This document shows positions 9,443-19,538 of a stretch of DNA of 64,000 nt, in pieces. The stretch's first letter is position 1. Each line of letters begins with the position of its first letter. Both the position numbers and the translations under genes were made by a program. This stretch comes from Oscillospiraceae bacterium (GTDB lineage Bacteria > Bacillota > Clostridia > Oscillospirales > CAG-272): contig SVTG01000001.1 of NCBI GenBank assembly GCA_015063895.1, forward strand, positions 13,260 to 77,259. Reading direction: 5' to 3'. The notes beneath the pieces are model-generated. The model made no database searches. It was given only the letters and a program-made list of their open reading frames with translations, and was not told where the DNA came from.

Positions 9443-12400
9443 ATGGCAAAAAGAACAGACATCAAAAAAATTCTGATCATCGGCTCAGGCCCGATCATTA
9501 TCGGCCAGGCTGCCGAATTTGACTACGCGGGCACGCAGGCTTGTCTTGCACTCAAGGAGGAGGGGTACGAGGTCGTGCTCGTCAACTCCAATCCCGCAAC
9601 CATTATGACCGATACGACCATTGCCGATAAGGTGTATATGGAGCCTTTGACGCTCGAATATATCGCCAAGATCCTTCGTTACGAGCGTCCCGACGCGATC
9701 CTGCCTGGCATCGGCGGTCAGACCGGCCTCAATCTTGCCATGCAGCTTGAAAAGAAGGGCGTTTTGAAGGAGTGCCGCGTCGAGCTGCTCGGTACGAGCA
9801 GCGAATCGATCGAGCGCGCAGAGGACCGCGAGCTCTTTAAGGAGCTTTGCCAGTCTATCGGTGAGCCCACCATTCCTTCTGAGATCACGTATAGCCTTGA
9901 CGAGGCAAAGATCGCCGCAGAGAAGATCGGGTATCCCGTTGTATTGCGCCCTGCCTTCACGCTCGGCGGCACGGGCGGCGGCTTTGCCAACAACGAGCAG
10001 GAGCTTGTGGAGATCGGCGTGAACGCCTTCAAGCTTTCTCCCGTGCACCAGGTGCTCATTGAGAAGAGCGTGAAGGGCTACAAGGAAATTGAGTTTGAGG
10101 TCATGCGCGACAGCAAGGACCACGCCATCACCATCTGCGGCATGGAAAATGTCGACCCTGTCGGCGTGCATACGGGTGACTCTATCGTGGTAGCACCGAT
10201 CCTGACGCTGAACGATCACGATCTGAAAATGCTCAACGACAGCGCCTTGAAGATCATTAAGGAGCTGAAGATCGAGGGTGGCTGCAATGTGCAATTTGCT
10301 CTGAACCCCACCACCAGCGAATATTTTCTTATTGAGGTTAATCCCCGCGTATCGCGTTCCTCGGCGCTTGCCTCGAAGGCCAGCGGTTATCCGATCGCCC
10401 GCGTGACCGCTAAGATCGCCGTGGGTATGTCGCTTGAGGAGATCCCGCTTGCGAACACCACCGCCGCACGCGAGCCTGTGCTTGATTACGTGGTAGCCAA
10501 GTTCCCGCGCTTCCCGTTTGATAAATTCACCAACGCCTCCAATATCCTCGGCACGCAGATGAAGGCTACGGGCGAGGTCATGGGCATCGGCTCCAACCTT
10601 GAGGAGTGTGTGCTCAAATCCGTACGCTCGCTTGAAACGGGCGTGTGCCACTTGCACAATCACAAGTTTGACGGCATGAGCAAGATGGAGCTTTTTGCGT
10701 ATCTTTCCGAGTTCCACGCAGACGGCATTTACGCCGTGACCGAGGCACTGCGTATCGGTGCCACGATCGAAGAGCTGCACGAGGTCACAAAGATCACGCC
10801 CTATTTCCTTGAATCCTTTAAGAAGATCGTGGAAATGGAGCAAACGCTCGCGAAGCGCCCCGGCAATATCAAGAATCTGCACGAGGCAAAGCGTATGGGC
10901 TTCAGCGATAAGTATATTGCTAAGCTCTGGAAAAAGAAAGAGGATTGGGTCAACAAGGTCAGAAAGGAAAACGGCATCATTCCCGTATTCAAGATGGCCG
11001 ATACCTTCCATACCGATGCCTATATTCCGTATTTCTATTCCTCCTATACGGGTGAGAACGCTTCGGTTCTGACCGACATGAAAAAGGTCGTGGTGCTGGG
11101 CGCAGGCCCCATTCGTATCGGCCAGGGCGTTGAGTTTGACTACTCTACCGTACACGCCGTTACCACCATTAAGGATTCGGGCTACGAGGCAATTATCATC
11201 AATAACAACCCCGAGACCGTTTCTACCGACTATACCACCAGCGATAAGCTTTACTTTGAGCCCCTCACGCCCGAGGACGTGATGAATATCATCGAGTTTG
11301 AAAATCCCGAGGGTGTGGTGGCCTCGCTTGGCGGTCAGACCGCCATTAACCTCGCGCAGCCTCTGACCGATAAGGGTGTTGCCATCATCGGCACAGACTG
11401 TGCGGCCATTGAAAAGGCAGAGGACCGCGGCTCGTTTGAAAGATTGCTCAAGGAGCTGGATATTCCGCAGCCTCAGGGCTGTGCCGTCACGAAGATCGAG
11501 GACGGTGTTGCCGCAGCCGAAAAGATCGGTTATCCCGTGCTGGTGCGCCCGAGCTTTGTGCTTGGCGGTCGCGCTATGCAGATCGTATCCGATGAAAAGC
11601 AGCTTCGCCATTATTTGAAGACTGCCGTTGAGGTTGACGAGGACAAGCCTGTGCTGGTAGATAAGTATATCATCGGCAAGGAGGTAGAGGTTGACGCCAT
11701 TTGTGACGGTCGCGACGTTTTCGTGCCCGGTATTATGGAGCTTGTAGAGCGCACGGGTATTCACTCGGGTGACTCGATCAGCGTATACCCCACCTTCAGC
11801 GTATCCGATAAGGTCAAGGGCACGATCCTGCAGTACGCCAAGAAGCTTGGTCTTGGCATTGGCATCGTCGGTCTTTATAACATTCAGTTCATCGTTGATA
11901 AGAACGAAAAGGTCTATATCATCGAGGTGAACCCCCGTTCCTCGCGCACGGTGCCGTTCCTCTCTAAGGCAACGGGCTACAGCTTAGCTGACATTGCCAC
12001 CAAGTGTATTCTCGGTCAAAGCCTCAAGGAGCAGGGGATCTTTGATCTGTATCCCGCCGAGAAGGAGCGCTGGTACGTAAAGGTGCCCGTATTCTCCTTT
12101 AACAAGATCCGCGGTCTTGACGCTTACCTCTCGCCCGAAATGAAGTCCACGGGCGAGGCTATCGGCTACGACAATAAGCTCAACCGCGCGCTTTACAAGG
12201 CCTTGCAGGCCTCCGGTATGAAGCTGCAAAACTACGGCTCGGTGCTTGCCACCATCGCCGATTGCGATAAGGAGGAGGCACTGCCCCTCATTCGCCGCTT
12301 CTACAACCTCGGCTTTAATATCGAGGCAACTGCGGGCACTGCCAAGTTCCTCAAGAAAAACGGTATTCGCACGCACGTCGTGAAGAAGATCAGCGACCGC

Positions 12401-12616
12401 AGCGACGAGATCAAGGAAGAGATCAGACAGGGCTATATTGCCTACGTGATCAACACCAGCGATATCGGCTCCCGTCATGACCAGACCGACGGTGTGGAGA
12501 TCCGCAAGTGTGCGACCGAAAACAACGTCTCTATCTTCACCTCGCTCGATACCGTAAAGGTGCTGCTTGACGTGCTTGAGGAAACCACGCTTTGCATTTC
12601 TACGATCGATGCATAA
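9443..12616 (+). CDS. carB: carbamoyl-phosphate synthase large subunit
   Basis: 1057 aa with duplicated ATP-grasp halves (ILIIGSGPIIIGQAAEFDYAG... and VVVLGAGPIRIGQGVEFDY...) and an MGS-like C-terminus. Confidence 0.95.
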   Translation: MAKRTDIKKILIIGSGPIIIGQAAEFDYAGTQACLALKEEGYEVVLVNSNPATIMTDTTIADKVYMEPLTLEYIAKILRYERPDAILPGIGGQTGLNLAMQLEKKGVLKECRVELLGTSSESIERAEDRELFKELCQSIGEPTIPSEITYSLDEAKIAAEKIGYPVVLRPAFTLGGTGGGFANNEQELVEIGVNAFKLSPVHQVLIEKSVKGYKEIEFEVMRDSKDHAITICGMENVDPVGVHTGDSIVVAPILTLNDHDLKMLNDSALKIIKELKIEGGCNVQFALNPTTSEYFLIEVNPRVSRSSALASKASGYPIARVTAKIAVGMSLEEIPLANTTAAREPVLDYVVAKFPRFPFDKFTNASNILGTQMKATGEVMGIGSNLEECVLKSVRSLETGVCHLHNHKFDGMSKMELFAYLSEFHADGIYAVTEALRIGATIEELHEVTKITPYFLESFKKIVEMEQTLAKRPGNIKNLHEAKRMGFSDKYIAKLWKKKEDWVNKVRKENGIIPVFKMADTFHTDAYIPYFYSSYTGENASVLTDMKKVVVLGAGPIRIGQGVEFDYSTVHAVTTIKDSGYEAIIINNNPETVSTDYTTSDKLYFEPLTPEDVMNIIEFENPEGVVASLGGQTAINLAQPLTDKGVAIIGTDCAAIEKAEDRGSFERLLKELDIPQPQGCAVTKIEDGVAAAEKIGYPVLVRPSFVLGGRAMQIVSDEKQLRHYLKTAVEVDEDKPVLVDKYIIGKEVEVDAICDGRDVFVPGIMELVERTGIHSGDSISVYPTFSVSDKVKGTILQYAKKLGLGIGIVGLYNIQFIVDKNEKVYIIEVNPRSSRTVPFLSKATGYSLADIATKCILGQSLKEQGIFDLYPAEKERWYVKVPVFSFNKIRGLDAYLSPEMKSTGEAIGYDNKLNRALYKALQASGMKLQNYGSVLATIADCDKEEALPLIRRFYNLGFNIEATAGTAKFLKKNGIRTHVVKKISDRSDEIKEEIRQGYIAYVINTSDIGSRHDQTDGVEIRKCATENNVSIFTSLDTVKVLLDVLEETTLCISTIDA

Positions 12617-12628
12617 GGCGGAAACAGC

Positions 12629-13366
12629 ATGAAACAGGGAATTTTTAAAATTATTTCTAACGTGGCGCTGACCGACAGCGTTATGAAAATGGTGATGGCG
12701 GGGGATACCTCTGCCATCACCGCCGCAGGGCAGTTTCTTAATATCAAATTAAGCGGACTGTTTTTGCGCCGTCCTATTTCGATTTGTGATTACGATGAAA
12801 AAACCGTTACCATTCTTTATAAGGTGGTGGGCAAGGGAACCGAGGCTATGCGTGAAATGGTGGCAGGTGACGAGCTTGACGTGTTAACGGGGCTTGGCAA
12901 CGGCTACGATCCGACCCTCTCGGGTGAGCGCCCGCTGCTGCTTGGCGGCGGTGTTGGCGTACCGCCCCTTTACCGTCTTGCAAAGGATCTTGTCGCATCG
13001 GGCAAAAGCGTCAGCGTCGTTCTTGGCTTTAATACGAAGGACGAGATCTTTTATGAAGCCGAATTCCGCGCGCTCGGTGCCGACGTGACCGTGACGACAG
13101 TGGACGGCAGCTACGGCACAAAGGGATTTGTGACCGACGCCATGGCGGCGATTGATTATACGTATTTTTACACCTGCGGCCCCGAGCCGATGCTGAAGGC
13201 TATTTACCGTGTGGCAAAAACAAGCGGCCAGCTCAGCTTTGAGGAGCGTATGGGCTGCGGCTTCGGTGCTTGCATGGGCTGCTCCTGCAAAACGGTAACA
13301 GGCAACAAGCGCATTTGCAAGGAGGGCCCTGTGCTTGTAAAGGAGGATATCATATGGGAGAAGTAA
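12629..13366 (+). CDS. pyrK: dihydroorotate dehydrogenase electron-transfer subunit
   Basis: 245 aa. C-terminal Fe-S cluster cysteines CGFGACMGCSC....C. Overlaps pyrD. Confidence 0.85.
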   Translation: MKQGIFKIISNVALTDSVMKMVMAGDTSAITAAGQFLNIKLSGLFLRRPISICDYDEKTVTILYKVVGKGTEAMREMVAGDELDVLTGLGNGYDPTLSGERPLLLGGGVGVPPLYRLAKDLVASGKSVSVVLGFNTKDEIFYEAEFRALGADVTVTTVDGSYGTKGFVTDAMAAIDYTYFYTCGPEPMLKAIYRVAKTSGQLSFEERMGCGFGACMGCSCKTVTGNKRICKEGPVLVKEDIIWEK

Positions 13367-14271
13367 ATACCAAGGTCACGCTTTGTGGCATTACGTTGGA
13401 TAATCCCGTGATCCCCGCATCGGGCACATTTGGCTACGGTTATGAATTTGCCGAGCTTTACGATATCAACTGCCTTGGCAGCTTTTCCTTTAAGGGTACC
13501 ACCAAGGATCCGCGATTTGGCAATCCCACACCCCGTATTGCCGAGTGCACGGCGGGTATGATCAACGCCGTAGGCCTGCAAAATCCGGGTGTTGAAAAGG
13601 TGATCAGCGAGGAGCTGCCGCGCCTTGCCAAGTGCTTCCATAAGCCCGTTATGGCAAACGTGAGTGGCTTTTCCGTTGAGGATTACGCCTATACCTGTGA
13701 GCGCCTTGATAAAGAGGCGCAGGTCGGCTGGCTTGAGGTCAACGTCAGCTGCCCCAACGTTCACGGCGGCGGTATGTCGTTCGGTACGTTGCCCGAGGCC
13801 GCGGCTGAGGTAACGGCGGCCGTAAAAAGGGTGACGACCAAGCCTGTTATCATTAAGCTTTCACCGAACGTGACCGATATCGTGTCGATCGCCAAGGCCT
13901 GCGAGGCGGCAGGAGCTGACGGCATCAGCCTTATTAACACCATGCTTGGTATGCGTATTGATCTGCGCACGAGAAAGCCCGTGATCGCCAATACGATGGG
14001 CGGCTTTTCGGGCTCTGCTATTTTCCCAGTAGCTGTCCGCATGGTCTATCAGGTCGCACACGCCGTAAAGATCCCCGTAGTTGGTATGGGCGGTGTTTCC
14101 ACAGCCGAGGACGTGATCGAAATGATGCTGGCAGGCGCTACTGCTGTTGAGGTGGGTGCTGCTAATCTCGTGGATCCCTTCGCATCAAAGAAGATCGTAG
14201 AGGATCTGCCGCGTGTGATGACAAAATATAAAATCAACGCTTTAAGTGAAATTATCGGAGGTGTAAAGTAA
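13354..14271 (+). CDS. pyrD: dihydroorotate dehydrogenase B catalytic subunit
   Basis: ATG at 13354 after AGGAGG. ...ASGTFGYG..., ...NVSCPNV..., ...GMGGV... class 1B DHODH motifs. Confidence 0.9.
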   Translation: MGEVNTKVTLCGITLDNPVIPASGTFGYGYEFAELYDINCLGSFSFKGTTKDPRFGNPTPRIAECTAGMINAVGLQNPGVEKVISEELPRLAKCFHKPVMANVSGFSVEDYAYTCERLDKEAQVGWLEVNVSCPNVHGGGMSFGTLPEAAAEVTAAVKRVTTKPVIIKLSPNVTDIVSIAKACEAAGADGISLINTMLGMRIDLRTRKPVIANTMGGFSGSAIFPVAVRMVYQVAHAVKIPVVGMGGVSTAEDVIEMMLAGATAVEVGAANLVDPFASKKIVEDLPRVMTKYKINALSEIIGGVK

Positions 14272-14969
14272 TGGGAAAAGACGTGATTATTGCCTGTGAT
14301 TTTGACAGTGCTGCAAAGACCTTTGCGTTCCTTGATCGCTTTACCGGCAAAAAGCCCTTTGTAAAGATCGGTATGGAGCTGTTTTACGCAGAAGGCCCTG
14401 CCATTGTTCACGAGCTGAAAAAAAGAGGTCATAAGATCTTTCTTGACTTAAAGCTCCACGATATCCCTAATACCGTTAAAAAGTCAATGGCTGTCCTTTC
14501 GCGCCTTGACGTAGATATGACCAACCTGCACGCAGGCGGCACGATCTCCATGATGGAGGCGGCACTGGAGGGCTTGACGCGCCCCGACGGCACGCGCCCC
14601 CTGCTGATCGCCGTTACGCAGCTGACCTCTACCGACCAGGCACGTATGGAGAACGATCTCCTGATCAGAGAGCCCATCGATAAGGTCGTTATGCACTATG
14701 CGCACAATGCCATGGTAGCAGGGCTTGACGGTGTTGTTTGCTCACCCCTGGAGGCAGGCAAGGTTCATGATACCTGCGGTAAGAAGTTCCTGACCGTTAC
14801 GCCCGGTGTGCGCTTTGCCGACGGTGATATTGGCGACCAGAAGCGCGTGATGACCCCTGCTGAGGCGAAGAAGATCGGCTCTGACTATATCGTTGTGGGC
14901 AGACCCATTACCGCCGCTGAGGATCCCGTGGCCGCTTACGAGCGTTGCCTTGCCGAATTTGTAGATTGA
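14271..14969 (+). CDS. pyrF: orotidine 5'-phosphate decarboxylase
   Basis: 232 aa. ...FLDLKLHDIPNTV... and ...IVVGRPIT... motifs. Confidence 0.9.
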   Translation: MGKDVIIACDFDSAAKTFAFLDRFTGKKPFVKIGMELFYAEGPAIVHELKKRGHKIFLDLKLHDIPNTVKKSMAVLSRLDVDMTNLHAGGTISMMEAALEGLTRPDGTRPLLIAVTQLTSTDQARMENDLLIREPIDKVVMHYAHNAMVAGLDGVVCSPLEAGKVHDTCGKKFLTVTPGVRFADGDIGDQKRVMTPAEAKKIGSDYIVVGRPITAAEDPVAAYERCLAEFVD

Positions 14970-14980
14970 GGAGAAACAAA

Positions 14981-15637
14981 ATGGAAAGCTATAAGAGAGA
15001 GTTTATACAGTTTTTAGAGGGTGCCGGCGTTTTAAAGTTCGGTGATTTTACCGCAAAGAGCGGTCGCAAGATCCCTTACTTTATCAATGCAGGCGATATC
15101 AAAACAGGCGATCAGATCGCCAAGCTCGGCGAGTTTTACGCCAAGGCTTACTTTGAAAAGGTAGGCAACAAGAAGAGCGTGCTCTACGGCCCTGCATACA
15201 AGGGTATCTCCATTGCTGTTTCCGCTGCTGTGGCGCTTTCCAAAAACGGTCTTGACGTGCCCTTCTTCTTTAACCGTAAGGAAGCAAAGGATCACGGAGA
15301 GGGCGGTATTTTCGTTGGTTACGTGCCTAAGGCCGGTGAGGAGGTCGTGATCGTTGAGGACGTCATCACCGCAGGCACTGCGATCCGTGAAAGCATGGCA
15401 AACCTTTCTGCCCTTGAGGGTGTAAAGGTAGCCGCAACCTTTGTGATGGTTGACCGTAAGGAAAAGGGCAAGGGTGAAAAATCCGCTATGGCCGAGGTTG
15501 CCGATGAGTTTGGCTTCCCCGTGTATTCCGTGGTTGACGTTTACGATATTATTGAATATCTTGAGGAAGATCCTAAAAACGAAGAAAACGTTACGCGCAT
15601 TAAAAACTATCTGGCCGTTAACGGTGCTAAAGCATAA
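14981..15637 (+). CDS. pyrE: orotate phosphoribosyltransferase
   Basis: ATG at 14981 after GAGGAG. PRPP-binding loop VVIVEDVITAGTA. Confidence 0.9.
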   Translation: MESYKREFIQFLEGAGVLKFGDFTAKSGRKIPYFINAGDIKTGDQIAKLGEFYAKAYFEKVGNKKSVLYGPAYKGISIAVSAAVALSKNGLDVPFFFNRKEAKDHGEGGIFVGYVPKAGEEVVIVEDVITAGTAIRESMANLSALEGVKVAATFVMVDRKEKGKGEKSAMAEVADEFGFPVYSVVDVYDIIEYLEEDPKNEENVTRIKNYLAVNGAKA

Positions 15638-15655
15638 GCTGCGGAGGTAATTACC

Positions 15656-16747
15656 ATGAGAAGTGTTATTGATATTCTTGATCTGTCGGTTGAAGAGGTA
15701 GACGAGCTTCTTGCAACCGCCGAGGATATGATCGCCAATCCCACCAAATACAGCGATGCTTGTCGCGGTAAGAAGCTGGCAACGCTCTTCTTTGAGCCCT
15801 CTACCCGTACGCGCCTTTCCTTTGAGGCCGCCATGTACGAGCTGGGCGGTAACGTGATCGGCTTTTCCTCTGCTAAGGATACCTCTGCCTCCAAGGGTGA
15901 GAGCGTGGCGGATACCTCCAAGGTCATCAGCTGCTACGCCGACATTATCGCTATGCGTCACCCGAAGGAGGGGGCGCCCTTCGTTTCCTCGCAAAACGCG
16001 AGTATTCCCGTGATCAATGCGGGCGACGGCGGTCACCACCACCCCACCCAGACTCTGGCAGACCTGCTCACCATTAAGCATGAAAAGGGCAGACTCAGCG
16101 ATCTTACCATCGGCTTTTGCGGCGATCTGAAGTTCGGGCGCACCGTGCATTCACTGATCACCGCACTTTGCCGCTATGAAAATATCAATTTTGTGATGAT
16201 CTCGCCCGAAGAATTAAAACTTCCCGGCTACGTCAAGAACGAGATCCCCGAAAACGGCAGCTTTACCTATCGTGAGACCACCGATCTTGAGGCTGTGATG
16301 CCCGAGCTGGATATTCTTTATATGACCCGTGTGCAGCAGGAGCGCTTTGACGACATTGAGGAGTACCTGCGTTTGCGCGATGCGTATATTCTCACGCCCG
16401 AAAAGTTGGTGCCTGCCAAGAAGGATCTGATCGTATTGCACCCGCTGCCCCGTGTAAACGAGATCAGCGTTGCCATTGACAACGATCCCCGTGCTTGCTA
16501 TTTCAAGCAGGTCAGAAACGGCAAATATATGCGTATGGCGCTGATCCTTAAGCTGATCCGTGAGGCGCAGGATAATCCCGTACGTGTGCAAAAGCATACG
16601 GAGGGTACCTTCCTTTACGATTATAAGTGCGACAATCCGCGCTGCATTACTACCACCGAGCAGGAGCTCCGGCAGAAGTTCCGTGTGGTGAGCCCCGAAA
16701 ACCGCATTTGCCGTTGCATTTACTGCGATACGAAGAAAAAATATTGA
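15656..16747 (+). CDS. pyrB: aspartate carbamoyltransferase catalytic chain fused to a PyrI-type zinc domain
   Basis: 363 aa. Catalytic motifs are FFEPSTRTR, ...HPTQ..., ...HPLPR... An extra ~55-aa C-terminus carries C-x4-C ... C-x2-C (CDNPRC...CIYC), like the regulatory-chain Zn domain. Confidence 0.85.
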   Translation: MRSVIDILDLSVEEVDELLATAEDMIANPTKYSDACRGKKLATLFFEPSTRTRLSFEAAMYELGGNVIGFSSAKDTSASKGESVADTSKVISCYADIIAMRHPKEGAPFVSSQNASIPVINAGDGGHHHPTQTLADLLTIKHEKGRLSDLTIGFCGDLKFGRTVHSLITALCRYENINFVMISPEELKLPGYVKNEIPENGSFTYRETTDLEAVMPELDILYMTRVQQERFDDIEEYLRLRDAYILTPEKLVPAKKDLIVLHPLPRVNEISVAIDNDPRACYFKQVRNGKYMRMALILKLIREAQDNPVRVQKHTEGTFLYDYKCDNPRCITTTEQELRQKFRVVSPENRICRCIYCDTKKKY

Positions 16748-16751
16748 TTTT

Positions 16752-18062
16752 ATGAATAAAATTATACCAAGATTACTGATCTACGGCTCTATGCCGCAGG
16801 ACAGTATTTTAATGGAGGTTGGGCGCGTTTGTCGCGACGCGGCTTTGCCGACGTTTGATAAGGCTGATCTGGTGTCGCGCGTGTACCGTCAGGTCAAGCG
16901 CTTGCTGGTGCTTGCCACCGATTTTGGCTTTGATGAAAATTTGTGGCAGAATTATCTGACCTTTTTACTGATTACCGATGAAAACCCCTTCACACTGACC
17001 TGTGAAAAAATGGGCGTGAGAGAGGGGAGCGTCAATCACTTTGCCATGCAGGATTTTGCTGCCTTTCGCGAGCTCTTTCATTATGATTTTGCGCCGCTGG
17101 AGGAAAAGCTGGGCGTTGATTGCTTTTCGTGCCTGACAAGCTATCGGGCCATTGAGAAGCCCGAGCTGATGTATAACAAGAGCGTGAGTGAAAAGGTACG
17201 TGCGCTTTCGCGCTTGCTGGCCGCCGCTCCTGATACGCAAAGCTTTTTTGCAGCCGTGATCGATTTCTATGCCGCTTACGGTGTAGGGCAGTTCGGTCTG
17301 AATAAGGCCTTCCGCATACACGAGGCCGAGGCGGGGCGCGTGGCATTTCAGCCCATCAATAATATGGAGCGTGTCATGCTTGACGACCTCGTTGGTTACG
17401 AGATCCAAAAGCAGCAGCTGGTTGAAAATACCGAGGCGTTTGTGTCAGGCAAGCGCGCCAATAACGTGCTTTTGTACGGCGATAGCGGTACGGGTAAGTC
17501 CACCAGCATCAAGGCGATCGTCAACGAGTTCTATCCCAAGGGCTTGCGCATGATCGAGATCTATAAGCATCAGTTTAAAAACCTTTCACAGGTGATCGCG
17601 CAGATCAAAAATCGCAATTATAAGTTCATCATTTATATGGACGACCTCTCCTTTGAGGAATTTGAGATCGAGTATAAATTCCTCAAGGCCGTGATTGAGG
17701 GCGGTGTTGAGACCAAGCCCGAAAACGTACTGATCTATGCCACGTCAAACCGCCGTCATCTCATTCGAGAGACCTGGGGCGACCGTTCCGACGTACACCT
17801 GACCGAGCAAGACGTGCATCATTCCGACACCATGGAGGAAAAGCTTTCTCTTGCAACGCGCTTTGGCCTTGCTATTAACTATTCTAAGCCCTCGCGCGAT
17901 GAGTATTTTGCCATTGTAGATGAGCTTGCCGCACGTTATCATATTGATATGCCCGTTGAGCAACTGCATTTTGAGGCCAACCGTTGGGAAATGCGCCATG
18001 GCGGTGTTTCGGGGCGTACCGCACAGCAATTTATCAATCATTTGCTCGGCAAGAGCAATTAA
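16752..18062 (+). CDS. DUF815-type AAA+ ATPase
   Basis: 436 aa with Walker A LLYGDSGTGKST. Resembles the ATP-binding DUF815 family. Starts 4 nt after the pyrB stop. Confidence 0.7.
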   Translation: MNKIIPRLLIYGSMPQDSILMEVGRVCRDAALPTFDKADLVSRVYRQVKRLLVLATDFGFDENLWQNYLTFLLITDENPFTLTCEKMGVREGSVNHFAMQDFAAFRELFHYDFAPLEEKLGVDCFSCLTSYRAIEKPELMYNKSVSEKVRALSRLLAAAPDTQSFFAAVIDFYAAYGVGQFGLNKAFRIHEAEAGRVAFQPINNMERVMLDDLVGYEIQKQQLVENTEAFVSGKRANNVLLYGDSGTGKSTSIKAIVNEFYPKGLRMIEIYKHQFKNLSQVIAQIKNRNYKFIIYMDDLSFEEFEIEYKFLKAVIEGGVETKPENVLIYATSNRRHLIRETWGDRSDVHLTEQDVHHSDTMEEKLSLATRFGLAINYSKPSRDEYFAIVDELAARYHIDMPVEQLHFEANRWEMRHGGVSGRTAQQFINHLLGKSN

Positions 18063-18074
18063 AAGGAGAATAGT

Positions 18075-19493
18075 ATGTTCCCAAAAGCAAATAGTTACGC
18101 CATTTATCCTGCCGTGGTGCAGGCAAATAAGGAAACTGAAATGATCATTGCCCCCGCTGAGCGTTCGTTTATGCTCTACGAGGGGGAGGAGTACGAGGTG
18201 CGCGTGATCCCCGTTGATGCGGATTACCCCTCGTACAGTGCACCCGCCGCCCACGTGATCCTCCATGCCGTTGCCAAGGACGGCGTTTTGCGCTTCAACT
18301 ACACCTTTGAGGGTGAGATGGAGTACGTTGTTTGGCTCTATTATAAGGAAAAAAAGGTTCAGAAAATGAACGTGTATGCGCTGGAGAAGGATCTTTTTGA
18401 TTTGATTCCCTTAAAGGGTGATTTCCACGGTCACAGCTACCGCTCCGACGGTAAACGCGATCCCGTGGCGCTTGCCGGCCATTACCGTGAGCAGGGGTAC
18501 GATTTCTTCTCCCTTACCGACCATAACCGCTATTATCCCGGCAATGAAATCGACGAGGCTTATGGGGGTGTTGATCTTGGTATCACGCGTGTGCGCGGCG
18601 AGGAGGTGCATCCCATCGGCTCGGTCGTACATATTGTGCACGTGGGGGGCAATACCAGCGTTTGTGAGCAGTATACGGATGATCCCGAGGGATTTTATGA
18701 GGCGATCAAGCCGTATTTCCAAAAAATTCCTGCAAACGTGCCCGAAAAGTATCACGACAGATACGCGAAGTGCATGTGGGCTACCGACCGCATTCACGCG
18801 GCTGGCGGTATTGCTATTTTTGCGCATCCGTACTGGACGCCCGGCTCAAGCCAGGCACACAACGTCTGCCAGGAGTTGGCGCGTCTGCTGCTGACCAGCG
18901 GTATGTTTGATGCCTACGAGCTTGTTGGCGGCATGGAGCAGCACGGTGTAAACCGTTCCGTGGCCCTTTGGGGTGACCTGCGCGCCGAGCAGGGGCTTTG
19001 CATTCCCGTAGTCGGATCGAGTGACGTGCACGCGATCTCTACCGACTATACCTTCCCGCATTATTTCACGGTCTGCTTTAGTAAAGCAAGAGAGAACGAT
19101 GCGATCATTGATGCTGTGAAAAACGGTCTCTCGGTTGCTGTTGAGGCAAGCGGTGACGATCACGACCGTGTTTTCCGTTGCTACGGTAATCTGCGCCTTG
19201 TCAATTATGCGCATTTTCTGTTACAGCATTACTTCCTGCCTATGCAGCGTGTCTGCCAGGGTGAGGGCGTTGCGATGCGCAGCTATGCGATGAACGATGC
19301 ACCGGCCGAGCTGATCACGCTCCAGGTGGAGCAGACCAGACGTTTTTGTGCTCGCTTCTTCGGTAAGGCCGAGGCACTTTTGCCCGATGCTGATATTGCC
19401 GCATTTGTGGCACGCGCCCGTGAGCGTCAGCTGAAGGGCCCGATCACCTGTGGCTCGCAGATCATTTCCGAAAAGATCACAAGACGTGTGTGA
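18075..19493 (+). CDS. PHP-domain phosphoesterase-like protein
   Basis: 472 aa. GDFHGHSYRSDG and SLTDHN are PHP metal-binding motifs. RBS is AAAGGAGA. Confidence 0.65.
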   Translation: MFPKANSYAIYPAVVQANKETEMIIAPAERSFMLYEGEEYEVRVIPVDADYPSYSAPAAHVILHAVAKDGVLRFNYTFEGEMEYVVWLYYKEKKVQKMNVYALEKDLFDLIPLKGDFHGHSYRSDGKRDPVALAGHYREQGYDFFSLTDHNRYYPGNEIDEAYGGVDLGITRVRGEEVHPIGSVVHIVHVGGNTSVCEQYTDDPEGFYEAIKPYFQKIPANVPEKYHDRYAKCMWATDRIHAAGGIAIFAHPYWTPGSSQAHNVCQELARLLLTSGMFDAYELVGGMEQHGVNRSVALWGDLRAEQGLCIPVVGSSDVHAISTDYTFPHYFTVCFSKARENDAIIDAVKNGLSVAVEASGDDHDRVFRCYGNLRLVNYAHFLLQHYFLPMQRVCQGEGVAMRSYAMNDAPAELITLQVEQTRRFCARFFGKAEALLPDADIAAFVARARERQLKGPITCGSQIISEKITRRV

Positions 19494-19501
19494 TCCAGGA
19501 T

Positions 19502-19538
19502 AAAGAGGGATAAGGCAACGCCTTATCCCTCTTTATTT
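19502..19538. terminator. bidirectional terminator
   Basis: AAAGAGGGATAAGG-CAACG-CCTTATCCCTCTTT followed by a T-run. Lies between convergent genes. Confidence 0.8.

Noticed and set aside
9485-11764. 759-aa minus-strand ORF opposite carB
   Set aside because: Entirely antisense to carB, whose identity is unambiguous. Low-complexity Leu/Arg/Gly content.
15032-16150. 372-aa minus-strand ORF spanning pyrE and pyrB
   Set aside because: It crosses an intergenic gap of two well-supported plus-strand genes, so it is an antisense shadow.
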